Positions 16,751 to 28,747 of a stretch of DNA of 64,000 bases are shown one piece after another (positions within the stretch are counted from its first letter, which is position 1; every line of letters begins with the position of its first letter). A program made the position numbers and the translations under genes. Below the pieces are notes generated by a model. The model saw only the letters and a list, made by a program, of their open reading frames with translations, searched no databases and was not told the DNA's origin. Location of the stretch: contig JANLFJ010000016.1 of assembly GCA_024655825.1 (NCBI GenBank), positions 1,086 through 65,085 of the forward strand, in the 5' to 3' direction. The DNA is from Peptococcaceae bacterium (GTDB lineage: Bacteria > Bacillota > Peptococcia > DRI-13 > PHAD01).

Positions 16751-17782
16751 TCAATACCCCAGCTTCTTTTTGTTTTCCGCGTGCTCAGCAAGGCTCACAG
16801 CGAAAACATGCTCCCCACTGCCGTCCTTCTTGGCGACAAAATAACGGTACTTTGTTTCAGCGGGTTCCAAGACGGCGCGCAAAGAGGCTTCGCCGGGACT
16901 GCCAATGGGTCCGGGCGGCAGTCCTTTATGGCGATATGTGTTATACGGCGAATCTATCTCCAGATCTTTGTACAAAACCCTTTCTGTATGTTTATCCAGC
17001 GAATACTGGATGGTGGCATCCGAATCAAGCTTCATGCCTATTTTGAGGCGGTTTAAAAAGACCGACGCTATCAGGGGACGTTCTTTATCCAAAACAGCCT
17101 CGCCTTCCACAATCGAAGCGAGGGTTACCACTTCGTGCGTGGTCAAACCGGTTTTATTATTCGGCAGCTTCTTATAAACCTGGTCGAACCGCCTCAACAT
17201 CAGGTCAATCACCTTGTCCACCTTCATTCCCTTGGGGATCAGGTATGTATCGGGGAAAAGATACCCTTCCAGGCGCCGTTCCGTTTTAGGCAGGTCTTTA
17301 AGAAAAGGATAATCATAGTGCCCCTGTTTTGCCGCATTCCAGAACTCTTCCTCCGTGGCTATGCCCTGTTTGACCAGCACATCCGCAATCTGGCGGAGGG
17401 TATACCCTTCCGGAATAGTAAAGGTAATAGTCGCCACTTTTCCTTTCTCGATAATATCAACGATTTTCGGCGTGTTATACGAAGGACTTAGCAAGTATTG
17501 CCCCGCCTTAAACCTGTCAATCTTACCTGCCAGGCGGGAATAAAGAAGGAAGGCCCTTGAACTTTTAATCAAGCCCTGTTTTTCCAGGTCGGATGCTATT
17601 TCGAGAGGTGTCGCGCCTGGTTTTATGATAAATATTTCTTCCTGGCCCGTTCCCGGCCGGGCAGGACCAAGCTGGCCGTAGAGGACGGTTCCAAAGCCGG
17701 CCAGGATAACCAGCAATAACAGAATAAAAGTTAGAAGTCCCCGGTTTAAAGCTTGCTTTTTCAACACGGGTATATTCATCAC
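16751..17782 (-). CDS. mltG: Endolytic murein transglycosylase MltG (YceG-like)
   Basis: 343 aa. N-terminal TM helix and YceG-like body (LEGYLFPDTY, ASIVEGEA motifs). Syntenic with B. subtilis yrrL. Confidence 0.9.
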   Translation of the reverse strand: MMNIPVLKKQALNRGLLTFILLLLVILAGFGTVLYGQLGPARPGTGQEEIFIIKPGATPLEIASDLEKQGLIKSSRAFLLYSRLAGKIDRFKAGQYLLSPSYNTPKIVDIIEKGKVATITFTIPEGYTLRQIADVLVKQGIATEEEFWNAAKQGHYDYPFLKDLPKTERRLEGYLFPDTYLIPKGMKVDKVIDLMLRRFDQVYKKLPNNKTGLTTHEVVTLASIVEGEAVLDKERPLIASVFLNRLKIGMKLDSDATIQYSLDKHTERVLYKDLEIDSPYNTYRHKGLPPGPIGSPGEASLRAVLEPAETKYRYFVAKKDGSGEHVFAVSLAEHAENKKKLGY

Positions 17783-17828
17783 CTTATCTCCTCGCAGCCC
17801 ATGATTGTTTATTATACTATAGAATTGA

Positions 17829-19196
17829 TCAATTGGACAGCGAAGGAGAACTGGAAAAAGTCTTGATGATCCTGTCGACAGGCGGGTAATAATCGCGAGA
17901 AATGAATTCCTTTTTCAACAGGCTGCCCTGAGCATCGTACACAAAACGCTCCACCCTGTAAACATAGCCGGGTTCACCCGCCCTTTCAAGTATATACTGG
18001 CCTTGGGGAACCTGGGGATCATCGCGATAGATAGTACCGGGTGGTATCTCCTTTTCCTTGAAGCTTTTCAGGACGACTCTGCGGCCGGTCTTTGCCTCTC
18101 CAAATATTTTAACCGTCAGATTTCCCTGGTATATTTCCGTTTTAATGACCAGGCAGCACTCCCCGCTGTTTCGGAACTTAAAGTCCCTGAACCCGTAAAC
18201 CACGGTGGCGTCAAGTCCAGGAGACACATAAGGCACAATAAGGGAGTGGGGAGTGCGTTCAATGATTTCCAGTTCTGCCTTTAAAACTGCATTGTACAGT
18301 GTAGTGGAAACCTGGCATACTCCCCCGCCGATGTCGGGAACCAGCTCGTTCTGCAGGATGATATCGGCCTCATCATAACCGCTTTCTTTGGTTCTAGGCC
18401 CAACCACCTCATTAAACGAAAAAACCTGGCCCGGAAAAACGAAACAATAATCAAGAGCTTTGGCCGCCAGCTGTATATTGTGGGTCCTGTTGAGCCGCGC
18501 AGTGTTGAACTGAGTGGAATGCTTGCTGACCAACCCCGTTATCCCATACGCCTCCAGGTCGCTTTGCAATTTGGCCGGCCTTATTTCTGAAAATTTTAGC
18601 GCAACATAAATTGCGGCCCCCGGATTGGCCTTTATCTTTTCTTCCAGCGCCAGCAGGGCAGCCTCTTTATCCACGTCCCGGCCATACTCGTGCGGCGTAA
18701 TCTCCACCTTGTCATCAGGTTTTATAACCAGGCTGGCTTCCCTGGGAGCCCTAAACCAGGGAGCAGTCAAGCGATTCAGGGTTTCCAGGGCTTTTTCCCT
18801 GTCTAACTGCAGGACAAGAGGGACCTGGGTCCCTTTTCGTCCGGTCTGCCACCTTGTCCAAATATCATTCCACCATTTTCCCGAACGGCCTAAAAAAAAG
18901 GCTTCCTGCCAAACCTTTTCAGCGTCAATGCCCAATCCCATCTCCCGGTAAGTGGTTTCTATTTTTTCTCCACCCGGCAGTTCCATAATCACGGGACAGC
19001 CTGCCATCCGTTCGTTTACTTCCTCAACAACGGCCAGCACTTCTTCCCTTTCTTTGCCTCCGAGCGGGCAGCCGTTGAAAAAAACACCGGGGATAACCCG
19101 ACCCTCATCAGCACATAAGGGCGGGGAAATTCCCGCCAATAAAAAGAGCGTTAAAAGCACGCCCAGCGATCTTTTGGTCTGTGTTCCCACAAACAC
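17829..19196 (-). CDS. VanW-family protein (YoaR-like, secreted/membrane-anchored)
   Basis: 455 aa. Signal/TM sequence at the N-terminus. VanW signature GGGVCQVSTTLYNAV in the C-terminal half. Confidence 0.8.
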   Translation of the reverse strand: MFVGTQTKRSLGVLLTLFLLAGISPPLCADEGRVIPGVFFNGCPLGGKEREEVLAVVEEVNERMAGCPVIMELPGGEKIETTYREMGLGIDAEKVWQEAFFLGRSGKWWNDIWTRWQTGRKGTQVPLVLQLDREKALETLNRLTAPWFRAPREASLVIKPDDKVEITPHEYGRDVDKEAALLALEEKIKANPGAAIYVALKFSEIRPAKLQSDLEAYGITGLVSKHSTQFNTARLNRTHNIQLAAKALDYCFVFPGQVFSFNEVVGPRTKESGYDEADIILQNELVPDIGGGVCQVSTTLYNAVLKAELEIIERTPHSLIVPYVSPGLDATVVYGFRDFKFRNSGECCLVIKTEIYQGNLTVKIFGEAKTGRRVVLKSFKEKEIPPGTIYRDDPQVPQGQYILERAGEPGYVYRVERFVYDAQGSLLKKEFISRDYYPPVDRIIKTFSSSPSLSN

Positions 19197-19287
19197 GATA
19201 ATCTCCCCACTTTGTTATCTGGTTTATTAAGACATCCCTTCTTAATTATAATTTTCCATTTGCTGGTATTTTATGCAAGACTCGCGG

Positions 19288-19324
19288 ACAAAATAAAATC
19301 TCTTGCTTTTCAGCAAGAGATTTT
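19288..19324 (-). terminator. Rho-independent terminator after the DUF1292 gene
   Basis: Minus strand reads AAAATCTCTTGC-tgaaaa-GCAAGAGATTTT followed by ATTTTG. Confidence 0.8.
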
Positions 19325-19337
19325 ATCTCTATATAGA

Positions 19338-19607
19338 TTATTCTTCTACATCCTCCTCGATCATTTCCTGCCACCTGTCGGCAACTTTTTCCCACTCTTC
19401 GTCATCTTCAATATCGTAGAGTATATCTTCCCCGTTTTCATCCTTGCCTACCTTGAGAATTATAGCTTCCGATTCTTCCACATCCAGTTCCATTGGCTCC
19501 AGAATGGCGTACTCCGCGCCGTCTACTTCAAGAACGTCAATCAGAACAAATTCGTGTTCCTCGCCGTCTTCGTCCACTAGCACGATCTTTTCCTCGTTGT
19601 CAACCAT
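19338..19607 (-). CDS. DUF1292 domain protein (YrzB-like)
   Basis: 89 aa from MVDNEEKIVLVDEDGEEHEFVLIDVLEVDGAEYAIL... AGAGGTGGA SD lies upstream of the ATG at 19607. The ORF-track extension to 19772 overlaps the kinase gene and a consensus promoter. Confidence 0.85.
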   Translation of the reverse strand: MVDNEEKIVLVDEDGEEHEFVLIDVLEVDGAEYAILEPMELDVEESEAIILKVGKDENGEDILYDIEDDEEWEKVADRWQEMIEEDVEE

Positions 19608-19641
19608 TCGTTTTCCACCTCTTTCCTGTTTCGTTAAAGTC

Positions 19642-19670
19642 ATTTTAACCCCTGGTAATATAGTTGTCAA
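19642..19670 (-). promoter_or_regulatory. Consensus-like sigma-A promoter for the DUF1292 gene
   Basis: Minus strand reads TTGACA-17 nt-TAAAAT, about 35 nt upstream of the start codon. Confidence 0.55.
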
Positions 19671-19695
19671 CTTAACCGGAAAAGATGCGCCTTTT

Positions 19696-21849
19696 TCACA
19701 TGGCCGCCAGGTTCTTCTCCCCATGCGACGCTTCACCGTAATGGGGCAAAGAAACCGTGAAGACCGTATCATGCCCCGCTTCGCTTTCTATATCAATCCT
19801 GCCGTTGTGTTCCTTGATGATCTGGTAGCAGATGCTTAAGCCCAAACCTGTTCCTTTTTCCTTTGTGCTGTAAAACGGTGTGCCCATCCTCATCTTTTCC
19901 TCCGGCGTAAGCGGCTTGCCGTTATTGGCAATGGCTATATATACCTCGCCCGTGTCATTATTAAAGCCGGAGGTTATTTTCAAGCGGGGCCGCTCCACGC
20001 CGGTCATGGCGTCAATACCGTTTTGCGCGATATTCAACAAGACCTGTTTAAGCTGGTCGGCGTCAGCCAGGACAGTAAGATCTCCTTGGCCTCGCTCGAT
20101 CACGGTCTCAATACCCCGCACAAACGTGTTGGACTCAATCAGCATCGTTACGGAATCGATGAGTTCATTCGCCGCCAACCTCTGAAAAGCCGGCGGGCGA
20201 GGCCTGGCAAACCTTAAAAAATCGGTGACCACCTTGTTGATGCGTTCCGTTTCATTGTCGATCTGTTTTATATATTCCATTATTCTATTATCCCCGGTGA
20301 TCAGCTTGATTATCTGGCTGAATCCTTTGATTACGGTAAGCGGATTCTTTATTTCATGCACAATCCCGGCAGCCATTTGTCCCAGGATAACCAGTCTTTC
20401 TTTTTGCTGCAGTTTTTGCTGTTCGATTCTCAAAAGAGTGACATCGGTACCTACAATGATTGTCCCAGTCAATTCATGGTCCTGGTTGTAAATAGGCGTT
20501 TCGCTTGCCAGCATCTCTTTCTTTCCGCCATCCGGTGTAAAAACAGTAAGTTTCACGGAATTTGCAGCCTGGCCCCGTTCCCCCGGACCGGTGTAATCCC
20601 TTTTTGTAATAGCGGCTATCCGGTAAAACTCGTTGACATTCAGCCCCAAAATCTCGTGGATCTCCATTCTCACCGTTTCCGCCAGGGCTTTGTTGCACAT
20701 GACAATGTCCTGGTTGCTGTCAAGAACCAGCACGGTATTGTTGATGGAGTTCAAAATGGTCTGGGCCTGGCTTCCCAGGTTATTCAGTTCCAATTCCTTC
20801 TTCGGGTCGTCGAAAAGCACAAGAAAACCGTTTTCCAGGTGATAGATGTCTCTTTTCAGTTCAAAGCAGCGGCCGGGCCGTTCCCCAGACATCTTCATGA
20901 TTTCGCCGATGGTGCGGCCCCGGACATCTTCCCTTCGGCATCCCAGCAGCTCAAGCGCGCGTTTGTTCGCATAATTATTCCTTAGTCTTTTATCAAAAGC
21001 GAGGATGCCCCCGGGAATGCCCTCCAAACTCCCGGCCAACGCGTCCCGTTCGGCTTCAATTGTCTTGTACGGAAAAACGACTGCGCTCAGAGCGATTCCC
21101 TGCAGCAAACAAACATGGGCGGAGATGCTTAATATGTGTCCCAGGACTATGCAAAACGGCGACGCTGGTCCAAAAGCGGCCAAACAAAAGCTGTAAACCA
21201 GTAACAGCAGCACAGCCTTAAAAAAATAGTTGCCGGTGATTGCCGCTTTGCCTTTTAGATTATTTTTCAAAACCGCTAGAATAAAGAGGCCAACGGCTAT
21301 TATGGTGTAATCGGCGCCCTTTTGGAAAAGCGTGCTCCCGTTCTGATCCAGCAGCGCAGGCAAATGGTAATAATTTGCATAGGCTAAATAGGAAACTCCA
21401 AAAGAACAGCAAAGGGTCAAGGCAAGGCATACCCATTTGTTCATCCCTGTTCTTACATTAGACAGCCATAAGACCAGCGTAAACACTTGTGTATAGACGC
21501 CCAGCATCCCGTACCAAATTGAAAGTTCAGGCATACCCTCCGGGTACAGTTTAAGACCTACATAATAATAAGAGTGCAACGCTTCAAAAACGGCTGCCGC
21601 CAGGAAACCGAAACCCACCAGCCTGTTAATGCGCTCACCGGCTTCACAGGTAAACCAAACAATAAAAAAGTTCCCCAGTGAAATAACCAGGCATGTGATT
21701 TCCAAAACCGTATGCCATACATTTGGGTTGCTGTTCCACAAAAAAGAGTGGATGAAAAAGGCGAGAATACAACTCACAATAATTAAGGCAGCGCTCCGGA
21801 ATAACAATGACCTGACCGGGAAAGAGTTTCTTCCAACAGATGGCTGCAA
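19696..21849 (-). CDS. Membrane-bound PAS-domain sensor histidine kinase (no adjacent response regulator)
   Basis: 717 aa. About 250-aa polytopic N-terminus, PAS-like repeats, H-box (AAGIVHEIKNPLTVIKG) and HATPase motifs (DNGKPL..., GTGLGLSICYQII). Confidence 0.88.
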   Translation of the reverse strand: MQPSVGRNSFPVRSLLFRSAALIIVSCILAFFIHSFLWNSNPNVWHTVLEITCLVISLGNFFIVWFTCEAGERINRLVGFGFLAAAVFEALHSYYYVGLKLYPEGMPELSIWYGMLGVYTQVFTLVLWLSNVRTGMNKWVCLALTLCCSFGVSYLAYANYYHLPALLDQNGSTLFQKGADYTIIAVGLFILAVLKNNLKGKAAITGNYFFKAVLLLLVYSFCLAAFGPASPFCIVLGHILSISAHVCLLQGIALSAVVFPYKTIEAERDALAGSLEGIPGGILAFDKRLRNNYANKRALELLGCRREDVRGRTIGEIMKMSGERPGRCFELKRDIYHLENGFLVLFDDPKKELELNNLGSQAQTILNSINNTVLVLDSNQDIVMCNKALAETVRMEIHEILGLNVNEFYRIAAITKRDYTGPGERGQAANSVKLTVFTPDGGKKEMLASETPIYNQDHELTGTIIVGTDVTLLRIEQQKLQQKERLVILGQMAAGIVHEIKNPLTVIKGFSQIIKLITGDNRIMEYIKQIDNETERINKVVTDFLRFARPRPPAFQRLAANELIDSVTMLIESNTFVRGIETVIERGQGDLTVLADADQLKQVLLNIAQNGIDAMTGVERPRLKITSGFNNDTGEVYIAIANNGKPLTPEEKMRMGTPFYSTKEKGTGLGLSICYQIIKEHNGRIDIESEAGHDTVFTVSLPHYGEASHGEKNLAAM

Positions 21850-21987
21850 ATGTCACACACCCTGGCATTCAAAATAATCTATAGTATTATAAATACCACG
21901 AATCGGTTGGAGAAATCTCGCGATTTTTGACGAACTTTGTAAATAGCAAAAAATTTTTTTGTCATGGTCCTAAATAATATTAAAAAA

Positions 21988-22407
21988 TTACCCTTTACTC
22001 CCGCCGCGGTCAAGGAATCCCTGGAGAATCACGACCGCAGCCATCCTGTCAATAACCTCCCTCCTCTTTTTTCGCGAAACGTCGCCTTCCAGCAGGGTGC
22101 GCCTGGCCAAAGCGGTGGTCAGCCGCTCGTCCCAGAAAACAACCTCCAGGGGAATCTCCTTCCTTAAAAGCTTGACAAATTCCTTTGTTTTTTCAGCCTG
22201 CGGCCCATATGTTCCGTTCATGTTGCGAGGCAGTCCTACTATGATTTTCTCGATGGAGTGTTCTCTGATAATCGCGGCAAGCCGTTCTATATCCTTTTTT
22301 ATATCGCTCCTGACGATAGTAGTAAGCCCCTGGGCCGTCAGCCCAAGTCCATCGCTTACTGCCACACCGATTCTTTTATCGCCCACATCCAGTCCAAGTA
22401 TGCGCAT
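21988..22407 (-). CDS. ruvX: Holliday junction resolvase-like RNase RuvX (YqgF/YrrK)
   Basis: 139 aa. MRILGLDVGDKRIGVAVSD N-terminus. Confidence 0.93.
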   Translation of the reverse strand: MRILGLDVGDKRIGVAVSDGLGLTAQGLTTIVRSDIKKDIERLAAIIREHSIEKIIVGLPRNMNGTYGPQAEKTKEFVKLLRKEIPLEVVFWDERLTTALARRTLLEGDVSRKKRREVIDRMAAVVILQGFLDRGGSKG

Positions 22408-22419
22408 CAGCCACCACCT

Positions 22420-23367
22420 TCACACGATCTTAATGGCAAACTGTTTACAGGCTGCCCCGCAGTAACCGCAAAACATGCAGTCTTCCCCCACCAGCACGGC
22501 CTTTCCTTTTTCGACCTTCAACAGATTGAAAGGGCAGCTCTCCACACACAGACCGCAGCCTGTGCACCAGTCCTCGATATGCAACTTACGGGAAGCCCCC
22601 CGGAGAAATGAGGCCAACATCGCAGGCGGTTCCAGCCCTTTCATGATTTTTAGGTTATACTCAACTTCTTCCCGCAGTTTGCAGCCCACCGCCACACTGT
22701 GCAGATACGGATAACTAAACGCGAATTCAAGCGCTTCTTTAGCCCGATGAACCAGGTTTCCCCCTCCCAGCGGTTTCATGCCGTATATCCCTTTACCGTT
22801 TTCGTAGGCTCGTTTTAATTCCGCCATCAGATCGGCCTGGTTTCCATCCAGCAGTCCCAGCCCTTGCATGTTGACAATGGGATGGATAACCTCCAGGTCT
22901 TCCCTGGCGGACGCGACCCTGACAACCTCCACCGTATGAGTGGAAACCCCGACAGCCTTCACAAGCCCCCTTGCTTTAGCTTCCCACAGGTATTCCAGCG
23001 CCGGCCTGTGCCCCTTTAAGGTCAGTTCGGATTCCTGCTCGTGAAGCAAAAAAATGTCGATATAATCCCTATCCAGCGCAAGGCGTGCTTCCTCCAGGCT
23101 CTTTTTCATACCCTCTTTGGTGTAATCGTAAGATTTGCTGGCGATGACCACGGGTTTGTCCCAGCCCCACAAGGCCTTCTTTATATAGGGATAAGTGCCG
23201 TAAATCTTCGCAGTGTCAATAAAATTTACTCCCTTTTCAAGCGCATAACGAATGACCGCCGCCCCGTCTTCCAGGCTTAAATTGGCCTGAAGCGGTCCCA
23301 CGGTAAGCGAGCCGAAACAAAACCTTGAAACTCTTATGCCCGTATTCCCGAGGTATTTGTATTCCAT
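22420..23367 (-). CDS. Aldo/keto reductase fused to a C-terminal 2x[4Fe-4S] ferredoxin domain
   Basis: 315 aa. AKR-like N-terminal body (MEYKYLGNTGIRVSRFCFG...). C-terminus carries CTGCGLCVESCP and CMFCGYCGAAC. Confidence 0.8.
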   Translation of the reverse strand: MEYKYLGNTGIRVSRFCFGSLTVGPLQANLSLEDGAAVIRYALEKGVNFIDTAKIYGTYPYIKKALWGWDKPVVIASKSYDYTKEGMKKSLEEARLALDRDYIDIFLLHEQESELTLKGHRPALEYLWEAKARGLVKAVGVSTHTVEVVRVASAREDLEVIHPIVNMQGLGLLDGNQADLMAELKRAYENGKGIYGMKPLGGGNLVHRAKEALEFAFSYPYLHSVAVGCKLREEVEYNLKIMKGLEPPAMLASFLRGASRKLHIEDWCTGCGLCVESCPFNLLKVEKGKAVLVGEDCMFCGYCGAACKQFAIKIV

Positions 23368-23395
23368 ATCCGGTGCTCTCCTTCATTACAAACAC

Positions 23396-23432
23396 TATAA
23401 AGATAAAGCCTCACACCCCAGTGTGAGGCTTT
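23396..23432 (-). terminator. Rho-independent terminator after ireB
   Basis: Minus strand reads AAAGCCTCACA-ctgggg-TGTGAGGCTTT followed by ATCTTTAT. Confidence 0.7.
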
Positions 23433-23435
23433 ACG

Positions 23436-23693
23436 TTATTTGCCCAGGTAACTGCGAACCAGTTCTTCCAGCAACTCATCGCGTTCCAGTTTTCGAATCA
23501 TGGAACGGGCATTGTTGTGGTTGGTGATGTAAGCCGGGTCTCCCGATAAAAGATATCCCACCAGCTGGTTGATGGGGTTGTAACCCTTTTCCTTGAGGGC
23601 ATTGTACACATGGTGCAAGACAGCACCAGCTTTAATATCCTCATCGGACTTCACCTTATACATCATGGTCTGTTCGAACTTGTCGTTTGGCAT
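23436..23693 (-). CDS. ireB: IreB-family regulatory phosphoprotein (UPF0297/YrzL)
   Basis: 85 aa. ...[51 protein letters not shown] is characteristic of the family. Confidence 0.9.
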   Translation of the reverse strand: MPNDKFEQTMMYKVKSDEDIKAGAVLHHVYNALKEKGYNPINQLVGYLLSGDPAYITNHNNARSMIRKLERDELLEELVRSYLGK

Positions 23694-23773
23694 GACATCA
23701 CCCCGCTAAACCAGGTTATCGCTGTCCCCTTTTATATTCTTGATCAGAGTTCGATAATCCTCCAAATATCTTT

Positions 23774-26606
<2,833 letters not shown>

Positions 26607-26622
26607 CGAAACCAAACGCCTG

Positions 26623-27669
26623 CTACAGCAGACGCCAGTAAAGGTGTTTAAGCAGGACCTTGATGACTCCGGCAAGCGGCACAGCGAACAGCATGCCCAT
26701 AAAACCCCAGAGCTGCCCGGCCGCCAGCAGAGAAAAAATAATTACAAGCGGGTGAAGACCCACGCTGTCTCCCAAAACCCTCGGGGAAATGATGTTTCCT
26801 TCGATTTGCTGGATTAGGATCATAACACCCAGCACGTAAAGGGCCATCCACCTCGATTTGGTCAACGCCAGGAGGACTGCCGGAACAGCGGATATTACTG
26901 CGCCAAAGTAAGGGATTAGATTGGCCAAGCCAACCACCAGACCGATAAGTAGCGGGAAATCCATACCAATCAAGACCATCCCCAGCGTGGTCATAACCGC
27001 GACTATGATCGACACCAGGATATTGCCGCGGATAAATCTCTTGATCACCTGGTTTGCTTCGCTTCCCACAACGACCAGGCCGCGGCGCCACCGTGCCGGC
27101 ACAACTTTCAGGATGCCGCGGCCAAAACGATTAAACTCAAGCAAAAAATAAAAACTTAAAACCGGGGCCAAAACAAGGTTAAAGGCCTGAGAAAACAGGC
27201 CCAACAGAATCCGGGCGGTTCCCTCCACCAGGCCCGCAGCCATCTCTCCCATCCCTCGCAGTGTCTCATCGATAACCAGCCGGATGCTGTCCGGAAGAGG
27301 AAGCCGGTTGTACCCGTCCTGCATCCCCCTTAACACATCCTGAAATTCCCTGGTATACCGGGGCAGCGAATCGACCAGCCGGTTAAGGTCCGCCAGCAAG
27401 GCTGGAAACCCATACAAGACGGTGACGGCAATAGCTCCTGTAACAAGAATGTAGATTAAAGCTACAGAAACACCTCTTTGCATCCCCTTGTTTTCCAGGA
27501 CATCGACAAAGGGGTCGAGAACGTAAGCCATCAGAAAGCCGATAACGAACGGCACCAGCACCTGCCGGACAGCAAAGAAAAACCAGGCCAGCAGCACGAA
27601 AACGAGCAACACTCCAGCCAGGCGCCACTTTTTTCTCCAAACGGTGAAAACATTCATTAGTCTCGCCAC
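26623..27669 (-). CDS. AI-2E family transporter (PerM/UPF0118)
   Basis: 348 aa. About 8 TM helices with sequence character typical of the family (...NLIPYFGAVISAVPAVLLAL...). Confidence 0.85.
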   Translation of the reverse strand: MARLMNVFTVWRKKWRLAGVLLVFVLLAWFFFAVRQVLVPFVIGFLMAYVLDPFVDVLENKGMQRGVSVALIYILVTGAIAVTVLYGFPALLADLNRLVDSLPRYTREFQDVLRGMQDGYNRLPLPDSIRLVIDETLRGMGEMAAGLVEGTARILLGLFSQAFNLVLAPVLSFYFLLEFNRFGRGILKVVPARWRRGLVVVGSEANQVIKRFIRGNILVSIIVAVMTTLGMVLIGMDFPLLIGLVVGLANLIPYFGAVISAVPAVLLALTKSRWMALYVLGVMILIQQIEGNIISPRVLGDSVGLHPLVIIFSLLAAGQLWGFMGMLFAVPLAGVIKVLLKHLYWRLL

Positions 27670-27770
27670 ATTTCTGCCAGTTTAAGGTGAAGACAATAAA
27701 GCACCTGTCAAAGCTTCATCACCCCAACAGATGCCTGTTATTCTTATTAAACCGCAGCATCTTCACAATT

Positions 27771-27971
27771 TCAGCTTTCCTGCCTCCTGATAAAACCCTG
27801 TACTTCCCTGGCCACACCTGACATTATCTGGCCGGTTCTCCGCCCGACCCTTCTGGTCTGACCTACCAGCAACCGCCTGGGATCAGATTTCATCTGCCGG
27901 CCAAAACGCATAGCCAGCAGCGCACCGGCCAGGCCGCCAACCAACATACCATTAATAAATCTCCAGCGCAT
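27771..27971 (-). CDS. Small membrane-anchored protein (YtxH-like N-terminal helix), function unknown
   Basis: 66 aa. INGMLVGGLAGALLAMRFG helix followed by an Arg-rich tail. GGGGAGGTG SD upstream. Confidence 0.55.
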   Translation of the reverse strand: MRWRFINGMLVGGLAGALLAMRFGRQMKSDPRRLLVGQTRRVGRRTGQIMSGVAREVQGFIRRQES

Positions 27972-28002
27972 CTTGTCACCTCCCCTGTCTTTTCTTGGCC
28001 TC

Positions 28003-28179
28003 TCAGCTTATTCCCGTTATTCCCGCCTGTTCATAATCAACCAGGCTGCCGTCTTCTGAAACCGAATAAATCCTAACTTCACTGCCATAAAGCTGGTATT
28101 CAAGAAAGCAGTTCCAGCAGTAATACCTGTCGATCCCCACCCGTCCCACGGCTTTGCCGCTGCATACCGGACAGTTCAT
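28003..28179 (-). CDS. 58-aa zinc-ribbon protein (CxxC...CxxC), not in the ORF track
   Basis: My translation is MNCPVCSGKAVGRVGIDRYYCWNCFLEYQLYGSEVRIYSVSEDGSLVDYEQAGITGIS*. AGGGGGA SD lies 8 nt upstream of the ATG at 28179. It fills an otherwise empty 227-nt gap between co-oriented genes. Confidence 0.6.
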   Translation of the reverse strand: MNCPVCSGKAVGRVGIDRYYCWNCFLEYQLYGSEVRIYSVSEDGSLVDYEQAGITGIS

Positions 28180-28198
28180 TTTTATTATCCCCCTATTC

Positions 28199-28684
28199 TC
28201 ATTGAGTATCCGTTATAATAACCGCATCATCCCCGAATTTAAGAACATTTTCAGCAGGAATTATCCTTCTCCCTGCCACCAGGTCCTTTAACAACCCGTC
28301 GGAAACCTCAAAACCGGCAATCATCCCCTGTTCTTCTCCGAGAACGATGTCTTCAATTATGCCAAGGTTTTCGCCTGAAAGCGTCACAACCGCCAGGCCC
28401 CGGTAAAATTGCCCTTCCCATTCCTGGCCCGCCTCCATCGTCAGGTCCCCGGGCCGTATTTTCACCATAACCGAATCCCGGCCCACGCTGCTCACACTTT
28501 GAAATGGCAGATAAAACGGTTCACGGCGCGGAGAAATGAGAAACAGGCCTTCAAGCCTCCGGTCTTCTCCCGGTTTGAACCCCACTACATACCCCAGCAG
28601 TTTTCCGCTCGAAACATCAATAACGGGCTTGTTCCGGAACTCGCGGCCTTTTCTCATCTTTTCCAGTTCCTTTTTCATTTCCAC
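28199..28684 (-). CDS. PRC-barrel domain protein (two PRC-like repeats, YlmC/YmxH-related)
   Basis: 161 aa. Repeated pattern ...GKLLGYVVGF... and ...GENLGIIEDIVLGEEQGMIAGFEVS... Confidence 0.7.
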   Translation of the reverse strand: MEMKKELEKMRKGREFRNKPVIDVSSGKLLGYVVGFKPGEDRRLEGLFLISPRREPFYLPFQSVSSVGRDSVMVKIRPGDLTMEAGQEWEGQFYRGLAVVTLSGENLGIIEDIVLGEEQGMIAGFEVSDGLLKDLVAGRRIIPAENVLKFGDDAVIITDTQ

Positions 28685-28747
28685 AACTTTACACTAGCTT
28701 GACTATAGTATAGACAGGCGGTTAAAAAATAATTCGTTCTCTCAATG

